A stretch of DNA of 61,192 nt, counting the filler, from Bipalium vagum (taxonomy: Eukaryota), in the NCBI GenBank assembly GCA_037834085.1. It is 3 parts of 3 records of this genome, joined end to end, with 100 filler letters (N's around TTAATTAATTAA, not from the genome) between each part and the next. Parts side by side here need not be neighbours in the genome. Positions count along the whole stretch, not along the records: positions 25,693 to 41,246 come from JBBMKC010152021.1; positions 41,347 to 61,192 come from JBBMKC010266401.1; 1 more part is not named here. One strand, written 5' to 3'. Positions 40,013-54,000 of the stretch are shown one piece after another. Within the stretch, counting starts at the first letter, position 1. Every line of letters starts with the position of its first letter. The notes below the pieces were generated by a model, which had not been told where the DNA came from, searched no databases, and saw nothing but the letters and a program-made list of their open reading frames with translations. Both the position numbers and the translations under genes were made by a program.

Positions 40013-41246
40013 AGATTAATGTATCTTTTAGTGATTGGCAACAATTACAAGGGTAACAGGGAGAATGTTATAGTCAATAGATTAGAAAAATATTTCCAAA
40101 TAATTCCGAAATGAACTTTTCAAAGCATTGGGCATTAAAATTAGAAATATTTTCTATAAGAGTCGTTATATGCCTCTTTGCTCAGTGTCTTGCATCCCAT
40201 TGGCTTAAAAGGATAAATATACTTTTCCCTCTTGTAGACATTGTGGAATGAAGTATAGTAAAATATATATATAAATAAAATGTGTTCTATTCAATTTTTG
40301 AAACAAGTATTTTTATTGTGATTAACTTAAAAGAGATTGGAGTTTTCAAATAATAGTTTTTCTCGTATAAAGACCAAAGTTAAATAACAATTAATGACTT
40401 TCATTCAACAGGTTTTAAGTATAATTTAAGGCATGTTTCAATATTTTGAAACTATTATTTTAATAATATAAATTTATTAAAAATAACATTTAAAACCTTT
40501 TTATTGGATCAAATTATGAGAAGTATTTTAAAATTTTTTTTTATTTTTTTATTTGTTTAAATTTAATATAATTAAAAGAAATACAAAACGTATAAAATTT
40601 ATTTTATTTATTGAATTGAAATAATTTCTGGAAATATATTTAGGAAAATCTATAATGAAAAAGGAAATTTAATAAATTATTTATTTTTTATTGTTTTTAA
40701 AATCAATATGACAATCTCAGTATGAAATTTAAACAATAAGATGATTTCCTTTTAAGATTATATTCTTAGAATATCTTCTCTTTTCAAGACATAACTCGGA
40801 TACTTTTATTTGACAGACCAAATGTATACCAATTCAAAATTTCCCATTACAGAATTCCATATAACAATAAAAATCAGACAGTTCACTCTGACCCCTTAAT
40901 GTAACATAAAGTTTGTCATTTAACTGGTAAATTCACCGGAAAATAAAAGAGATTTGTTGAGAAGACTAAAATTTTCGACTGCATTTAATTCAGATTTTTT
41001 CAATTTTTATTTTTAATGTAGCATGGGTCATAAATAAAATTATATTTAAAAAGGTTGTCCACTTTTTTGTTTATTCACTTCTATAAATTTCTAAGAAAAG
41101 AAAAAATTTTGTTTGAAAAGATTATGACTAAAAAAAATAATGATTTTATTTATTATTAATAAATATAATTCTTTTCATGAAAAAATATTATTTTAGAGAT
41201 TGATTATAATGGCTTGGAAAAGGCATGATGAATTATTGATGTAACT

Positions 41247-41346
41247 NNNNNNNNNNNNNNNNNNNNNNNNNNNNNNNNNNNNNNNNNNNNTTAATTAATT
41301 AANNNNNNNNNNNNNNNNNNNNNNNNNNNNNNNNNNNNNNNNNNNN
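41247..41346. other. Artificial scaffold spacer N44-TTAATTAATTAA-N44
   Basis: Same 100-bp construct as at 25593. Confidence 0.98.
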
Positions 41347-41411
41347 TGGTGAATGTTTATTTGAAAATGGTGAATTATTATTTGAAAATGGTGAATTTTT
41401 AATTGAAAATG
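41347..41411. repeat. 21-bp tandem repeat at the contig edge (3 copies visible)
   Basis: TGGTGAAT(G/T)T(T/A)T(T/A)A(T/A)TTGAAAA-type unit repeated three times from 41347. Confidence 0.85.
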
Positions 41412-41614
41412 CTATATATATAATATTTTAAAAGAATGTATCTCCTTATTTCAAGCTATTTCTCTATCCACTTCGTGATTCATCAATGAGACTTCGGTTG
41501 AGATATTTCACAAAAGTAGGAATTTAATAATTTTTCGAGATTTAACTGAATCAATCGTGACATTGCTGATAGAATTTCATAAAAAATTAATCAATAAAAA
41601 AATCATATTAAATA

Positions 41615-42000
41615 TACGACGGGGTTGATAAGTAAACTACCTAAGTGAGAAAAGGAAATTTTCTTTTAGGTTTATGCACTTTTTACAACAATGATCGAGC
41701 CTTATGATGCCATTTGAAAAGTAGCTTTTATCATTAGTTTTAAAACACTCGGTTGTTTGATTTATGACGTCGTCGCTGGACATAAACCTTTTTTCCCTAA
41801 GCCATTTTTTGAAATCTTGAAACAAAAAGAATTCTTTGAATGTTGAATAAAAACGTATCGCAATTCATGCAATCTTTGTTCAGTTTAAAGTATCGGTGAG
41901 CAAGTGCTTTGTCATTATTGAAAACCAATTTTTTCCGAAAAAATATCGTGGATTTTATCAATCATTTCTGGCGAAGTCGCCTCTTTCGAATGACTTGATA
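41615..42000 (-). mobile_element. Deleted mariner remnant
   Basis: ORF 41637-41825 (FQDFKKWLREKRF...GIIRLDHCCKKCI) is a mariner C-terminus. TACGACGGG terminus at ~41615. Confidence 0.65.
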
Positions 42001-42464
42001 TATATATATTGCAAAATATATTGCAAATAAAAATTCAGATTTAAACAAAAAGTACCTTTGCAAAAATATTTTTCGCATAATTAATTTAACCCTGTGACAT
42101 CTATTTTGTATGAAGCTATAAAATCAACGTGATATTATTCTTTTTACGACTTAGATATCCATCCATCTAATGCAGATATGGCGAATCTACTTAGTTTAAT
42201 CTATTCATTGAAAAGTATCCCATCTACATCTGTGAAGTGACACACTCTAAATTCTATTATCTTTCAGAATCGGAAAATATTCAGTGTTCAGTTATTCTGC
42301 ATTATATATAAATGAATTAATCTATTTAAGTCACTTCTTCAGTAAGAGTCGATTTTATTTATTTATTTATTTTGGACATTGAATGAACAAAAAACTTTCG
42401 AAATTGTTTTTATTTCATAATGAAACTTGATTGTTCAATATCAATTAGACGAAGTTGTTCACTT

Positions 42465-45400
42465 CTATGTGCAGAATCCGCACGTCTTTCTGCAAGATTG
42501 GTTCATGTATACTTCGTTGGTTTTACAATATCCTTGACTGGCGAATTTTTCACAGTTTAGAATTAGATCTCTGCATCCTCCTGAACGCAATATTTCAATT
42601 TGTTTAATTTAGTAAACTTTAAATACCACATAACTGACAACTGAAGGGACAATTCTTTTTACCAAAGGTTGGATTTAGAAGGCATTCTCCAACATTTCCC
42701 CAATAAAGACAGTTAGTTTGAAGGTCTTTGCAGTTAGGGTCAGTCTGGCTTTCCAATCGAGCATTTTCTAAATTACAAAAATCATTAAATAAAATTTAAT
42801 CAATTTAATATGAACAATTTTTAATTCTTAAAGAGACTTAAAGAAATTTGTTAAAAATCGTTAAATTATGTTAAACGAATTTATAAGATAAGAAGAAAAA
42901 GATTTATAGGTAACTTGTAATGATTACTAATTTTTTATTATTACTATTTTATTATTATTAGTTTAGTTTAATTATAACATTTTTCAACAGCAGGCTTTGG
43001 GAATCATGTAATCAAAAACTACTCACGGCAATTATTGCAAGACTTTCTGCAGTTAAAAAGCATGAATCCTGGATTATTTTCACATTCATTTACTTTTGCC
43101 CATTGAGCACATTCGGGTTTTACATCAATGCATGCTGAAAGATAACAATTTTCCTTTTACATGAATTAATTAAATATTTTTATACGTCTATTTTTCACAG
43201 ACCCGTCACATACGCCACAGGTCTGTTTGCAGTTTTGCAACATGAAGGCTGGATTGGTTTCACATTGTCCATTTTTTCCCATTATGGGACAGCGTTTTCT
43301 GTAATCGACGCATTCTTAATTGAAAATTAGTTTATCAGGAAACGTATTCTGATTATATAACGGAGTTAAAGGAACTATTATAAAGTAAATATCATATGTA
43401 TATATTTATTAAAATTATCTCATTTATCTCTGAACAGAAAATTGTAAAGATTTTTCGAATAAAGAATTTTTATCAAAACCTCAAATATTTGGTATTAAAT
43501 ATATTTTTAACAAATTAAAATTTTGTAAAATATATACCAATGTATAATTAATAATTAATTAATTAATAGTAAAATTTTATTTATTAATATTATTAAAATT
43601 TCCAAAATCAAAGGGAAAAAATAATAAAAAATATTAAATTATCAAACTGGATTAACCATAAAATAATAAGTAAAATTAGTCTCTAACCGATTTTATTAAA
43701 GAATTACTTAAATCAGAAATTAATCAAAGCAGATTATTATTAAGAATATTATTATTATTAAGAATATTTTATGATTATTTGTTTAAAATGAAAATATTCT
43801 TTGATGAAATTATGAATATTTCCTTGGTTTTTTGTTTTAATTACTTAATGATGACATGAATTCTAAATGTATTCATATTATTTTTTAAATATATCACTTT
43901 TTATATACTTCTCATATTTTGTTTAAGATTTTCTTGAGATTTATATTTATATCATTACTTTGCAGTATTTAGAAAGGTATTTAGTCTATTAATATAATTT
44001 AAGAGATATAATTTCAATCTCATCATTAAATGATAGAATTACAGATAATTACAACGAATGATAATTTATATTAAACACGATAATTAATATAATCATTTTT
44101 ATTTTAAATTTATTTCCGTTCATTATATTAAATACATTAATTTATATAATAAATGGTAAAAAAAACTTTATTTTTAATATAAAAATTCTATTTTTTATAT
44201 TTTAATTTGAAAAATAAATTATATATTATTATTATTACGAATCCATTATTTATCATGCCTTCATTACTGCATTAGTAACAAGTAATATATATTAAATAAT
44301 TAATAAATTTACATTTTCAGATTTGAATCGTTATCATTGAAACAATGTTTACATTATATTTGATTTATGGAGCATATATGTCGGAATTTTTTGTGATATT
44401 AATTCTAATAATCTTGACTTTTCCATCTACTGAAATTATTTTTTTTGTTTAAATGGTCTCAATAAATAATAATTATATATAATTATTAATTTAAAAATAA
44501 ATAAAAAGAAAAATTTTGAAAACATTATTTATATTATAATTATATTATTGTATGTATTACATATAAAATTTTATTTAAGTTAAGATCTTAAAGATAATTC
44601 TAAGTAACTTAGAAATTTTTCTTTAATTATTTAATGTGAAATTTTTTATTTGAAAAAGAGCTTCGATAAACATCCCTAATCTTTTAATTAATTTAATCGA
44701 TATTTATAAAAAATTTTCCCTGTCATCATTTTCAATATTCAATCTAATACATAAATAAGAAAAATAATTTACGATTTTCCTTTCCGCAAACGTTGCAAGC
44801 TTTTTTACAGCGCAAAAGCATAAATCCTGGATTGGAAGCGCATTCTCCTCTATCAGCCCAAGTGTCACAACTTTCGTGTTCATTTCGGCAGTCTAATTGA
44901 AATGATTAACATTAAAAAGATTATAAAAATAACATGAAATTAAATTAAATAAATGCTTAATTAAATGGTGAACAAGGATTGTATAAAAAGAATTTTAAGC
45001 AAAGAAAATTGAATATCTCATTAGGTTGTCTTGTACGATAAAATATGGCTTGAATCATAATTAATATAAAAATAAAAAGCAATGGTACTATCAAGAACTT
45101 TAGAATTATACTTGGATCCGAGTTATCACCATCTCCTATATCTTGACAGGCATCGCAACTAGCTTTGCAGTTTGCTTGCATATAAGCAAAGTTTTCTGTG
45201 CACTGGTTTTCGTTTTTCCACTTTGGACAGTTGACATTATAATCACTGCATTCTAAATCACTCAGTAACATTTGAATGATATGTCATCATTTTACTTGGA
45301 GGGTTTCCACATTGGTTACAGCTCTTTTTACAATTGCCCAGCATCCCTTCTGGATTTGCTCCGCATTCACCTCTTTCAGCCCACATTTCACACATATCAT

Positions 45401-45689
45401 TGTTGTCTTTACATTCTGGATTTTCATTTTCGCTTACTGAAAATTATTAATGATATTGTTAACATGAAAACGTTTTACCACAAAATCCGCATGTTTTCGG
45501 ACAATATAATTCCATAGTACTTCTGTGTGTTGAACATAATCCTGAACTCTTCCAAGCTGCACAACTTTGATTTGGTTTATCTTGACACGTTGGAACACCT
45601 TAATATATATTAATAATATGGAAATTATGGCTTTAGGACAGACCCTTTACAGCTCCAACAACTAATACGATGATAAATAACATGTACAT
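42465..45689 (-). CDS. Secreted protein with a signal peptide and eight tandem ShKT (ShK toxin-like) domains, complete, 353 aa
   Basis: Exons 45644-45689 (MYMLFIIVLVVGAVKG), 45479-45598, 45296-45436, 45112-45252, 44773-44892, 43186-43314, 43027-43134, 42627-42767, 42465-42580 (1062 nt, TAG stop). Exons 2-9 each encode one six-Cys ShKT module (e.g. CQDKPNQSCAAWKSSGLCSTHRSTMELYCPKTCGFC; CRDLILNCEKFASQGYCKTNEVYMNQSCRKTCGFC). All introns are phase 1. Confidence 0.93.
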
Positions 45690-48075
45690 ATTTAATATAT
45701 TTTTTTCGACCAGGTTATTATATATATAGAGAAATCAGTTGTGAACTCGCATGTTGTAAATCTTAACGTAACTCAATTAAATTTGGCGGTTTCGGAGATC
45801 TGGATCTTCAGTAATCTAATCATTGATAAAAATCAAAATTGTATATTGGTTAAAATAATAATAAGTTTTTATTATTTATCAAATAATTTTTTATATTATT
45901 TATATACTTTATTAATAAATAATAAAATGGCATAATTTATTTAAATGTTCAGTTAATAATTTTAATTTTCTTATGCAAAAATCAAAAAAACTTAAAGAGT
46001 AAAAATATTGTATAAAAACTATTAATCTTTTAGAAATGTTCCAATAATAAAAATGATTATAATTCCCATTATATTATGCTCATCATACATTTACAGAAAT
46101 ATAATCAATCAAAAAATATTTGGTTGAATTTTTTAGCCAAATTTTATATATATAAGTAACACATTATCTGTGAAACATTCGAAATCAATATCTTGGTCAA
46201 CTTTTCTTTTTTGAATTTACAACATTGTTCTCTATGTGTATAACCTGCACAGACGTGAGAAAGAAACTGAGATAACATGTGCTATCCCACCAGTCGTACT
46301 CATAGACATTGTTCCAGCTGCTTATCGGTGGCAAACGGACTGTTGGAGAATACTTTCGAGAATTATGAAAATGACTAAAAATGAGTACATGATTGGATTG
46401 CTCGATACCAAATACATTTTTATGTAATTCTGGTATTGCTCAGCATGTCGAAATGTTCTTGATGATGAAAATTATTTGCATTTTTATTTAGTGATCAAAT
46501 ATTTAATCACACTACTAATAAAACATTGAAAGGTTAATAACGAAGAAACTGAGAATTTGTAACTGAGAATTGAATAAGAATGAAAATTAAATTCCTTCAA
46601 AACTTTTAGATGATCTATGTAGACCCAGGAAAAATTGGTGCAAATGAATGATGAATAAATGATAATCAAAAAATCCACATTGAATTATTATAAATCATGT
46701 GAACACATCCAAATTAATTTATTTATTTTAGACAGGTTAACATTTGAAATAGGAATTACAAATAAAATATAAAACTTTTATTGGAAAGCTATAGTTCCAT
46801 GATTTATCGGAGTTTTAATTTATAATGGACATTCAATTTACAGCATTGCCACTGATGATGAAACTCAGCACCAACTCACTATGTGAGTATGTGAATGTAA
46901 TACTCAGAAAATAATCGTTTACTTCTTTAATTTAAATATTAATTAAAATAAATTATGAAAACTAAATGGAAAAAGGAATTAAATTGACAAACAATAATTC
47001 AAATAAATGAAGATAAGTTTAAAAACAAATTTTAAATGAAAAAAATAATATTGAAAAGTGAACACATATTTTTACATAAAATTTGCTAAAACTTATTTTA
47101 ATAAATAGAGTATTCATATTTAGCTTAAACGAAAATCAACGATAACATTTTGATTGAATTGCATAATAAATGGAAAATAAATATTCGATTAAGCTGTGAT
47201 TGTGTAACTGTAGTTAGAAGAGTGGGCTTAAATTGTGAACTATATGTTGGTCTTCAGACCAATTCCATTTCATAAAAATCAAACCTATGGATTATATATG
47301 GACTATAGTATTTAAACTTCACTTTGACTTAGCTGATGTATGCTGAACAGGACGCAACCATAAACATACGATACAAGAATAGCAATGACCTCTGCCAGAA
47401 AGTCAAGTTGGAGTCACTGGACCAACACTATCTCAGGGTCATTGGGGTTAGATCTCTAAAAATTGACAACCCTGTATTCATAGTTGTAGAAAAAAGTAAT
47501 TTTGTAAAACAAAGACAATAAAATATAAAATATTGTCGTTAACTTTTCCTGTTTACCTGACACAAAATAAATATTAATAAAATTAGTTTTAATTACTATA
47601 ACCAATCAAATTTTAAATATTTTTAATTTAATTGATGTCTTTCAATATTAATTTTTATATTTATTAAATCTATTTTCTATTTTATTCTGATATTCTCTAA
47701 ATACCATTTTAATCAGTGAAATTAAATTGGAAATATTATCCAAATCTAAGTAAAAATAAGTAAAGTAATTCTAAGTAAAGTAAAAAAAATTCTAAATTAT
47801 TAATGAATATTATTTGATTTGTAATTTTCTATTTATTTATCTTTTAACTTTTAAATTCAAATTTTCTAAATAAAAATTATTGATTAAAAATAAAAATGTT
47901 AAATACATTTGTTTTAATGAAGTAAATTACATTTATTTAGTGATGTTGTTAATTATTGGATATTTGAAATTGTTATACATTTTATAAATAAATTTATGAT
48001 CTAAGATTTATAAGTATTTTATTACACTAAGAAATAGATGGTAATGAAACAATTATAGTTTTTCAAAATTTAGAA

Positions 48076-51000
48076 ATGAACAATTTAATCAATAATATAT
48101 CAACAATAGACAAATTTGCAAATGAAAATCCTAGACATTTAAAGTGAAAATTATTTTACAATTTATTGTAAAATTATTTTAAATATCCAGTTATATTAAT
48201 GAATTTCGTACCAAACAATGTGTTCGTTTTCAAGATCACAAATGTGCATATCACAAGCCATTTAATTGCTTTAATTGGCATTTTCCCAATCAAAGACGTC
48301 GTGTTCCAATATTAAAAGATGACGGAACATTTAACTACAATCCAGATTTGTATTGTAATGATTACGATGTCAATACAGGACAATGTGTAAATGGAAACAG
48401 GTGTAGAAATTAAAAATTTTGTTAATTTCATTCTATTAATAAATTAATTTTTTTCTTTTACAACAAAATGTAAATTTCATTTGAAGTAATAAAATGTTAT
48501 CGTAAATATATCTACTTATTATTTATTTATTTGTTTTATGAAGATTATAATTTTTCAATAAAATTTAATGTCACCTCAGTTTGGAAATTACTTCTATTGA
48601 GAGAATGATTATTTAACAATAGCTAATTATATTTGATTTTGTTTCCAAAGCTGTTTTGGTACTCTTCCATAAAATATTGATTTTATTAATCAAACTTAAA
48701 TTACGGCTACCCAATCTTCTGTCAAGTGGCCGTTAACAATTGAATGAATTTTACATGTTAAACACTTAAGACTGAATAAAATTCGTTCAAGAGATCCGGA
48801 ATCAATTTAGTTCACGTCGGCAGCTGTCGGAATTTTAAAGTTAATTATTTTTTAGGCCAGAGTTTTTCCATTAGCTTTCACTATAACACTCCAGTAACAA
48901 TTATCGTTTGAAACCCCTTAAAATCGATATATTTCTTTTATTTTGTTAATTTTATAATTTATCGATATGGATAATTTTGTTGATTTATTGTTATAAAATA
49001 GATCGATAAATAATAATATAAAGATTATCATATTTGTTCCGTACCACGTTGTTTATCAGGGTCATTTTCACACTATTACCATTAAACTCTATACAAACAG
49101 AAGTACTTGACTTTTCTTTAACTTATAGATACCTTTTGGTAATCAAACGTTTCAACTCAGAATACTCTTGTTTTTTTTATATTTCTTGGTAAAATTATTA
49201 TAATATTTCAACTTTTAAAATGTAAATGTTTAAATCTGCATATTCTGTGTTAATATCAAAAATATCTTTATTCTTTAATTAAACTTTCATAAAAAATAGT
49301 TGCCAATATGTTCACCTGAATGCTGGTGACACTGAAAGAAGATACCATCCACGCTATTTCAAAACTGGAATGTGTATTTATGAGACAACAAGTGAAGGCG
49401 TCTGTGGGAAAAATGGAATTCATTGTGCATTTGCCCATGAAGAAAGCGATTTACGGCAGGCAGTTTATGATATTCGAGAATCCTCAAATTTTACTAATAA
49501 CCTTTCGGCCCAGTTAGAAAAAGAAAGGGTGTTAACTGAAGATCCTATATGGAACCGTTAGAAAATTTTTAATTATAATATTATAATAAAAACAATAATT
49601 ATAAATTATAATAATAAAATTAATAAATAATAATAAAATAAAAATTTTTGCATATGAAATATAAATGTAGTAAATTCTAACGGAAATTGGTGAATAACAT
49701 CTCTTAATTGTTGAATAATAAATTAGAAAATTATAAATAAATCTAATTGAACTGTTTTTTCGACTGATCAAAAGATTTTTAATTTTTCTTTAAATAGCTT
49801 AATGTAATTTAAAATGCATTACACATTTGTTTGTTTGTTTCTTACTTTTTTGTGAATTTTTTTTCGAAATATTTTCGGAGAACTACAGTTTGAATTTGAT
49901 GAAACTTTTGCTGTTAAAGATCTTACCTTTAGTCTTTCGTTATTAAAGATTCTTAAATGTTTTAAAAACTTTTGAATCCCTTGGATAAGAATATAGATTA
50001 TTTTTAGTTGATATTTCTCTCATCTCTTTTACTTTTACTTTTTTATTATATTATCAAATGTCAATTACATCACTCTTTCAATTTTTATATCTACAGTTCG
50101 TCCGGAAAAATTAGCACCAATGATACACAATTATGATTTTTTTCTCTCATGTGTTGATATTGTAAAATATTTATTGCCTATAATTTTAATTTATGTATTT
50201 TGTTTAAGTATGTAGAACAAATATAATTGCACCGTTTCAAAAAGTTTTTAAATTACATTAAAATGTTTTGTATATATTTTTTAGCTGTCATGGGAAAAAA
50301 GAAATATATTACTGATGTTAAGCGTGGAAAGTAATTTTCTTAAATAAGAAAATTACAGTGACAGAGATATTGGAAGAATAATAGGAATAAATCATACAAC
50401 TGTATCTACATCCTTTAAGAAATTTTTAGTTTACAGATCGTGTAATCGTCGACCTGGTAGTGGTAGGAAGAAGAATCTGACCTCAACAGACTGCGATTTT
50501 TAAAAGACAAATCGAAAGCTCGGAATTAGACAGTTGAGAAGAAAATTTAATGAAAATTTTAGAGTTAATGTTGGTAGAACTATTGTCAGTGCCAGATTAT
50601 CAGAAGAATGCATTAAAAAGTTCAAACCACAAAGAAAGCCAAATCTTACTGCTTCTCATATCTTAAAGAGGAAAGAATTTTATGAAACTTATCAAACATG
50701 GTTGACTGAACAATGGTCTCATATTTTTTTCTGTTAAAAAAAGTTTAAAGTATTCAGAAATAATGAGAACTTTAAGCTATGGATTGCAGAAAATGAGAAT
50801 ACAATTTAAGAATGTGTAACACTAACTGAAAATTTTCTAATAGCTAAATGGTTTAGGTATTTTTAACCAGTAAAGGTTGTAGGAAGACTTCAAATTTGCG
50901 AGAGTAATATTAATTCTGAGAGTTATAAATATTTTAGAAGGAGCTCTTTCAAATTCATCTGGGGATTATTTTTCTGGTATTAATTTAGATTATTTTAAAT

Positions 51001-54000
51001 TTGAAGACGACAATGCACCATGCCATAGACCAAAAACAGTTAAAACCTGTTATCTAAGGAAGGTATTCTAACACAGGTATTCCACAGAGTCTGTTCGTCA
51101 TACCGAATTCATGGAGGTGGTGATCAATGATGGACTTAGAAGAGCCAAGTTGTGTGGATAATCTGCGGGTATTAGTTTGAGATGTCTTTTTCCAACTTAA
51201 ACAGAATCTCTTCGTTTACCACCGATGGCTGTCCTGACTTCACCTTATTGTCGAGGCAGGTGTCGCCACCTTGGAAGCGCTAGAACCACTTTCGTGCTGT
51301 GACTTCGTTGATTGTCCCATCGTCTTCAACATCATTGATTTCGGGAGAGGCAGCAGCAGCACTAAACCTTTTTTCAAATATTGTTGAAGGAGAATTCTTT
51401 TTTAAATTTTTCGTCACCTATTTCTAAATGTATAAAAATTTAATATAAGTTATAAAATATAGTTTATATAAAGAAATAAAGAGTATGATTATATCTATGA
51501 AAAGAAATCAATACCTTGTTGATCTAGTAATTATATAAAAATACAGCTTGTCAAATGTAAACTAATGAAAACGATCATTACTTTTGGGTCACCCTATTAT
51601 TTCAACTGTTTTATTTTTAAAATGTTTTTATTTTAACAGTATAAATCGTTGCGATATGAAATTAATTAAATTTCCTATGATATATGTCAGGTTCATTTAA
51701 ACTGGATAAATGTAGAAAAATAAAATTACATTACATCACTTCGTATAAAGAAATTCCTAAAAAAAGTTCATGTGTAACAGAATTTAACATATTGATCTCA
51801 ATGAATTTAATTACAAAAATTTTATAAATGAATGTTAACAAAAAATCATTTACGAAATATTTTCTGATGCTTTTTAGTATAACTAGTATAAAATAAAGAA
51901 ATTTCATGTTATTAAAATCAATTTTCTTGTGTTTCTTTAAAAATGTTTGTTATTATAATGGTAATAATGTATTTCAGACCATATATTAAGATGAAATTGT
52001 TTGATTAGAAAGTGGTTTAATAACAAGTTTTGTTTAAGAGCAAGATAGTATGAAGCGCGAAAAAAAAACAATTATTAGGGTGAACCATAAGTTTTTTCGT
52101 TTTTTTGTTTAAGTATTTCAAAGTATTTTTTTCAGTTGATAGGAAAGGGGTGTCAAGAGTTTTTAGCTCCAAAGACAAAGAATGGTATCACTGCGGGATC
52201 AGCGAACTTTCCAATAGATGGCTTCAAACCATTAGTGCAAATGGTTTATACTTTGAAACTTAATATATTTTTGTTTTTGTTTAACGTTGTTTTAAAGTTG
52301 TCAATAAAAAACGAAAAAACTTATGGTTCACCCTAATATTACGTATTAAAATTTACCTATTAACAATTCGTTTCAAATAAAAATTATGTAATAACTTCCT
52401 TACTTAATGTTGTTTAAATTACTTAATAAATTCTCAAAACTTTATTATTAAATTTGTACTTTTATTTTAATATTAATTTAATTCGTTCATAATAATTTTA
52501 TAAAATTCTAAAAATCAAACGAGTTCGAAAGGCGTGAATTTTAAAGAGAAAGGAAAAATAGTAAAGCTTTTACAAACCCGGTTGAAACAGAAATCGTTGA
52601 TTAACAAATCGTAGAAAAATTTAAAGATAATCAATTGTCTCTAGAATAAAAAATAGTGGAATAAATTTTTGTAAAATTTTCAGGAAGGAAAAATGATTTC
52701 AAGAATAAAGCGTTGTAAATTATTTTTGAGGATAAATGAGCGTAGCTCTTCTCGGGTGGTTTAGAACTGAGGCTGCAGGTAAAATAAGATTATCTGGAGT
52801 TGTTCTACAAGAAAAAGCAAAAGATTTTGCAAGGAAACTTAATTTCCAGGAAGATGAAATCGATAAGATTTTCATAAATTGAATTAATCGATTCAAAGTG
52901 CTTTATCACAGGGACTGTTAATGAGAGAATTCTTGAAGACTATCGATCTAGTTCCATTCCACAATTACTTCGTCAATACTATTATAGCGTCTCTTATGAC
53001 ATATTTTTTAAGTATGAAATATTTTTTAAGGGTGGGAAACATGTAATGATTGAAAGCAAGACAGTTATTTGAATTTTCTCTAAAATTTGAGGAATATTCT
53101 TTATTTGATCAAGAAACTTAAAAATAATGAGAAATCAATTTCTGATTGTGAAAAAATCCCATTAGATCACTGTTAATTTTTTAGATTAAAAAGTTTTATA
53201 ATTTCGCAAAGAAAAGAAATTTCTAAATTTTATTAATATGAAATGATGTTATTATCAATTAAAATGTTTCCAGTACAAATTAATTTTATGATTTAAAAAT
53301 CTAGAGATGGACTACGTGCTTGCATTTTACAAAACAAAAGAATGCAAGAAATTACCAAAAACCTGTAGACAAGGTTATGCTTGCCCCTTTTATCACAATT
53401 CTAAGGATCGAAGACGGATTTTTATTGGATTTCATTATCAAAGTCAACCGTGTACATCTCTGAAACCAAATAACGACGAGTGGCTCGACATAGTCTTTTG
53501 TCAGCTGCAAGATAACTGCCATTTCAGTCACTCTAGGACAGAGCAGCAATTTCATCCAGAAGTAACATTAATTTATTTTTACCCATCCAATATTTGTTTT
53601 ATTTTAATATATTTTTGTTTAACGATCTATTTTTAAATTTTGACAAATTGTGAAATAAAGAATATATACGTTATATGTACATTCTGAATCAGGGGATACC
53701 TTTATATGCTTTTGGTATGATCAATCAAAAATTTCCAGTATGGATTGAAGTATTCATTGGCTTATCACTCAACTCAATGAAAAAACATTTAATGACACAT
53801 TCTAGAATTCGTTAAATTTTTAGTCCCATACGTAAATAGCAAAATTACATAGAAAATTTATTTTTAGTGCCAACACTTATTTTAAGTAACTCAGCATTTT
53901 CACCCACCTTAATTCGTCTTTCAGCTCGAATAATCGCCTCACATTGCGTAATTTTCTGATAGGAAATTTCAGTTTGTCTGCCAACATTGGAATAATCCTT

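Noticed and set aside
40122-40241. Short upstream ORFs 5' of the EAG start
   Set aside because: The transcription start is unknown and short ORFs are expected by chance.
45770-45825. Hammerhead-like CTGAAGA...GAAAC on the minus strand
   Set aside because: Stem II does not pair and no stem I/III with a cleavage triplet can be formed. Similar partial motifs at ~42280 and ~46853 also fail.
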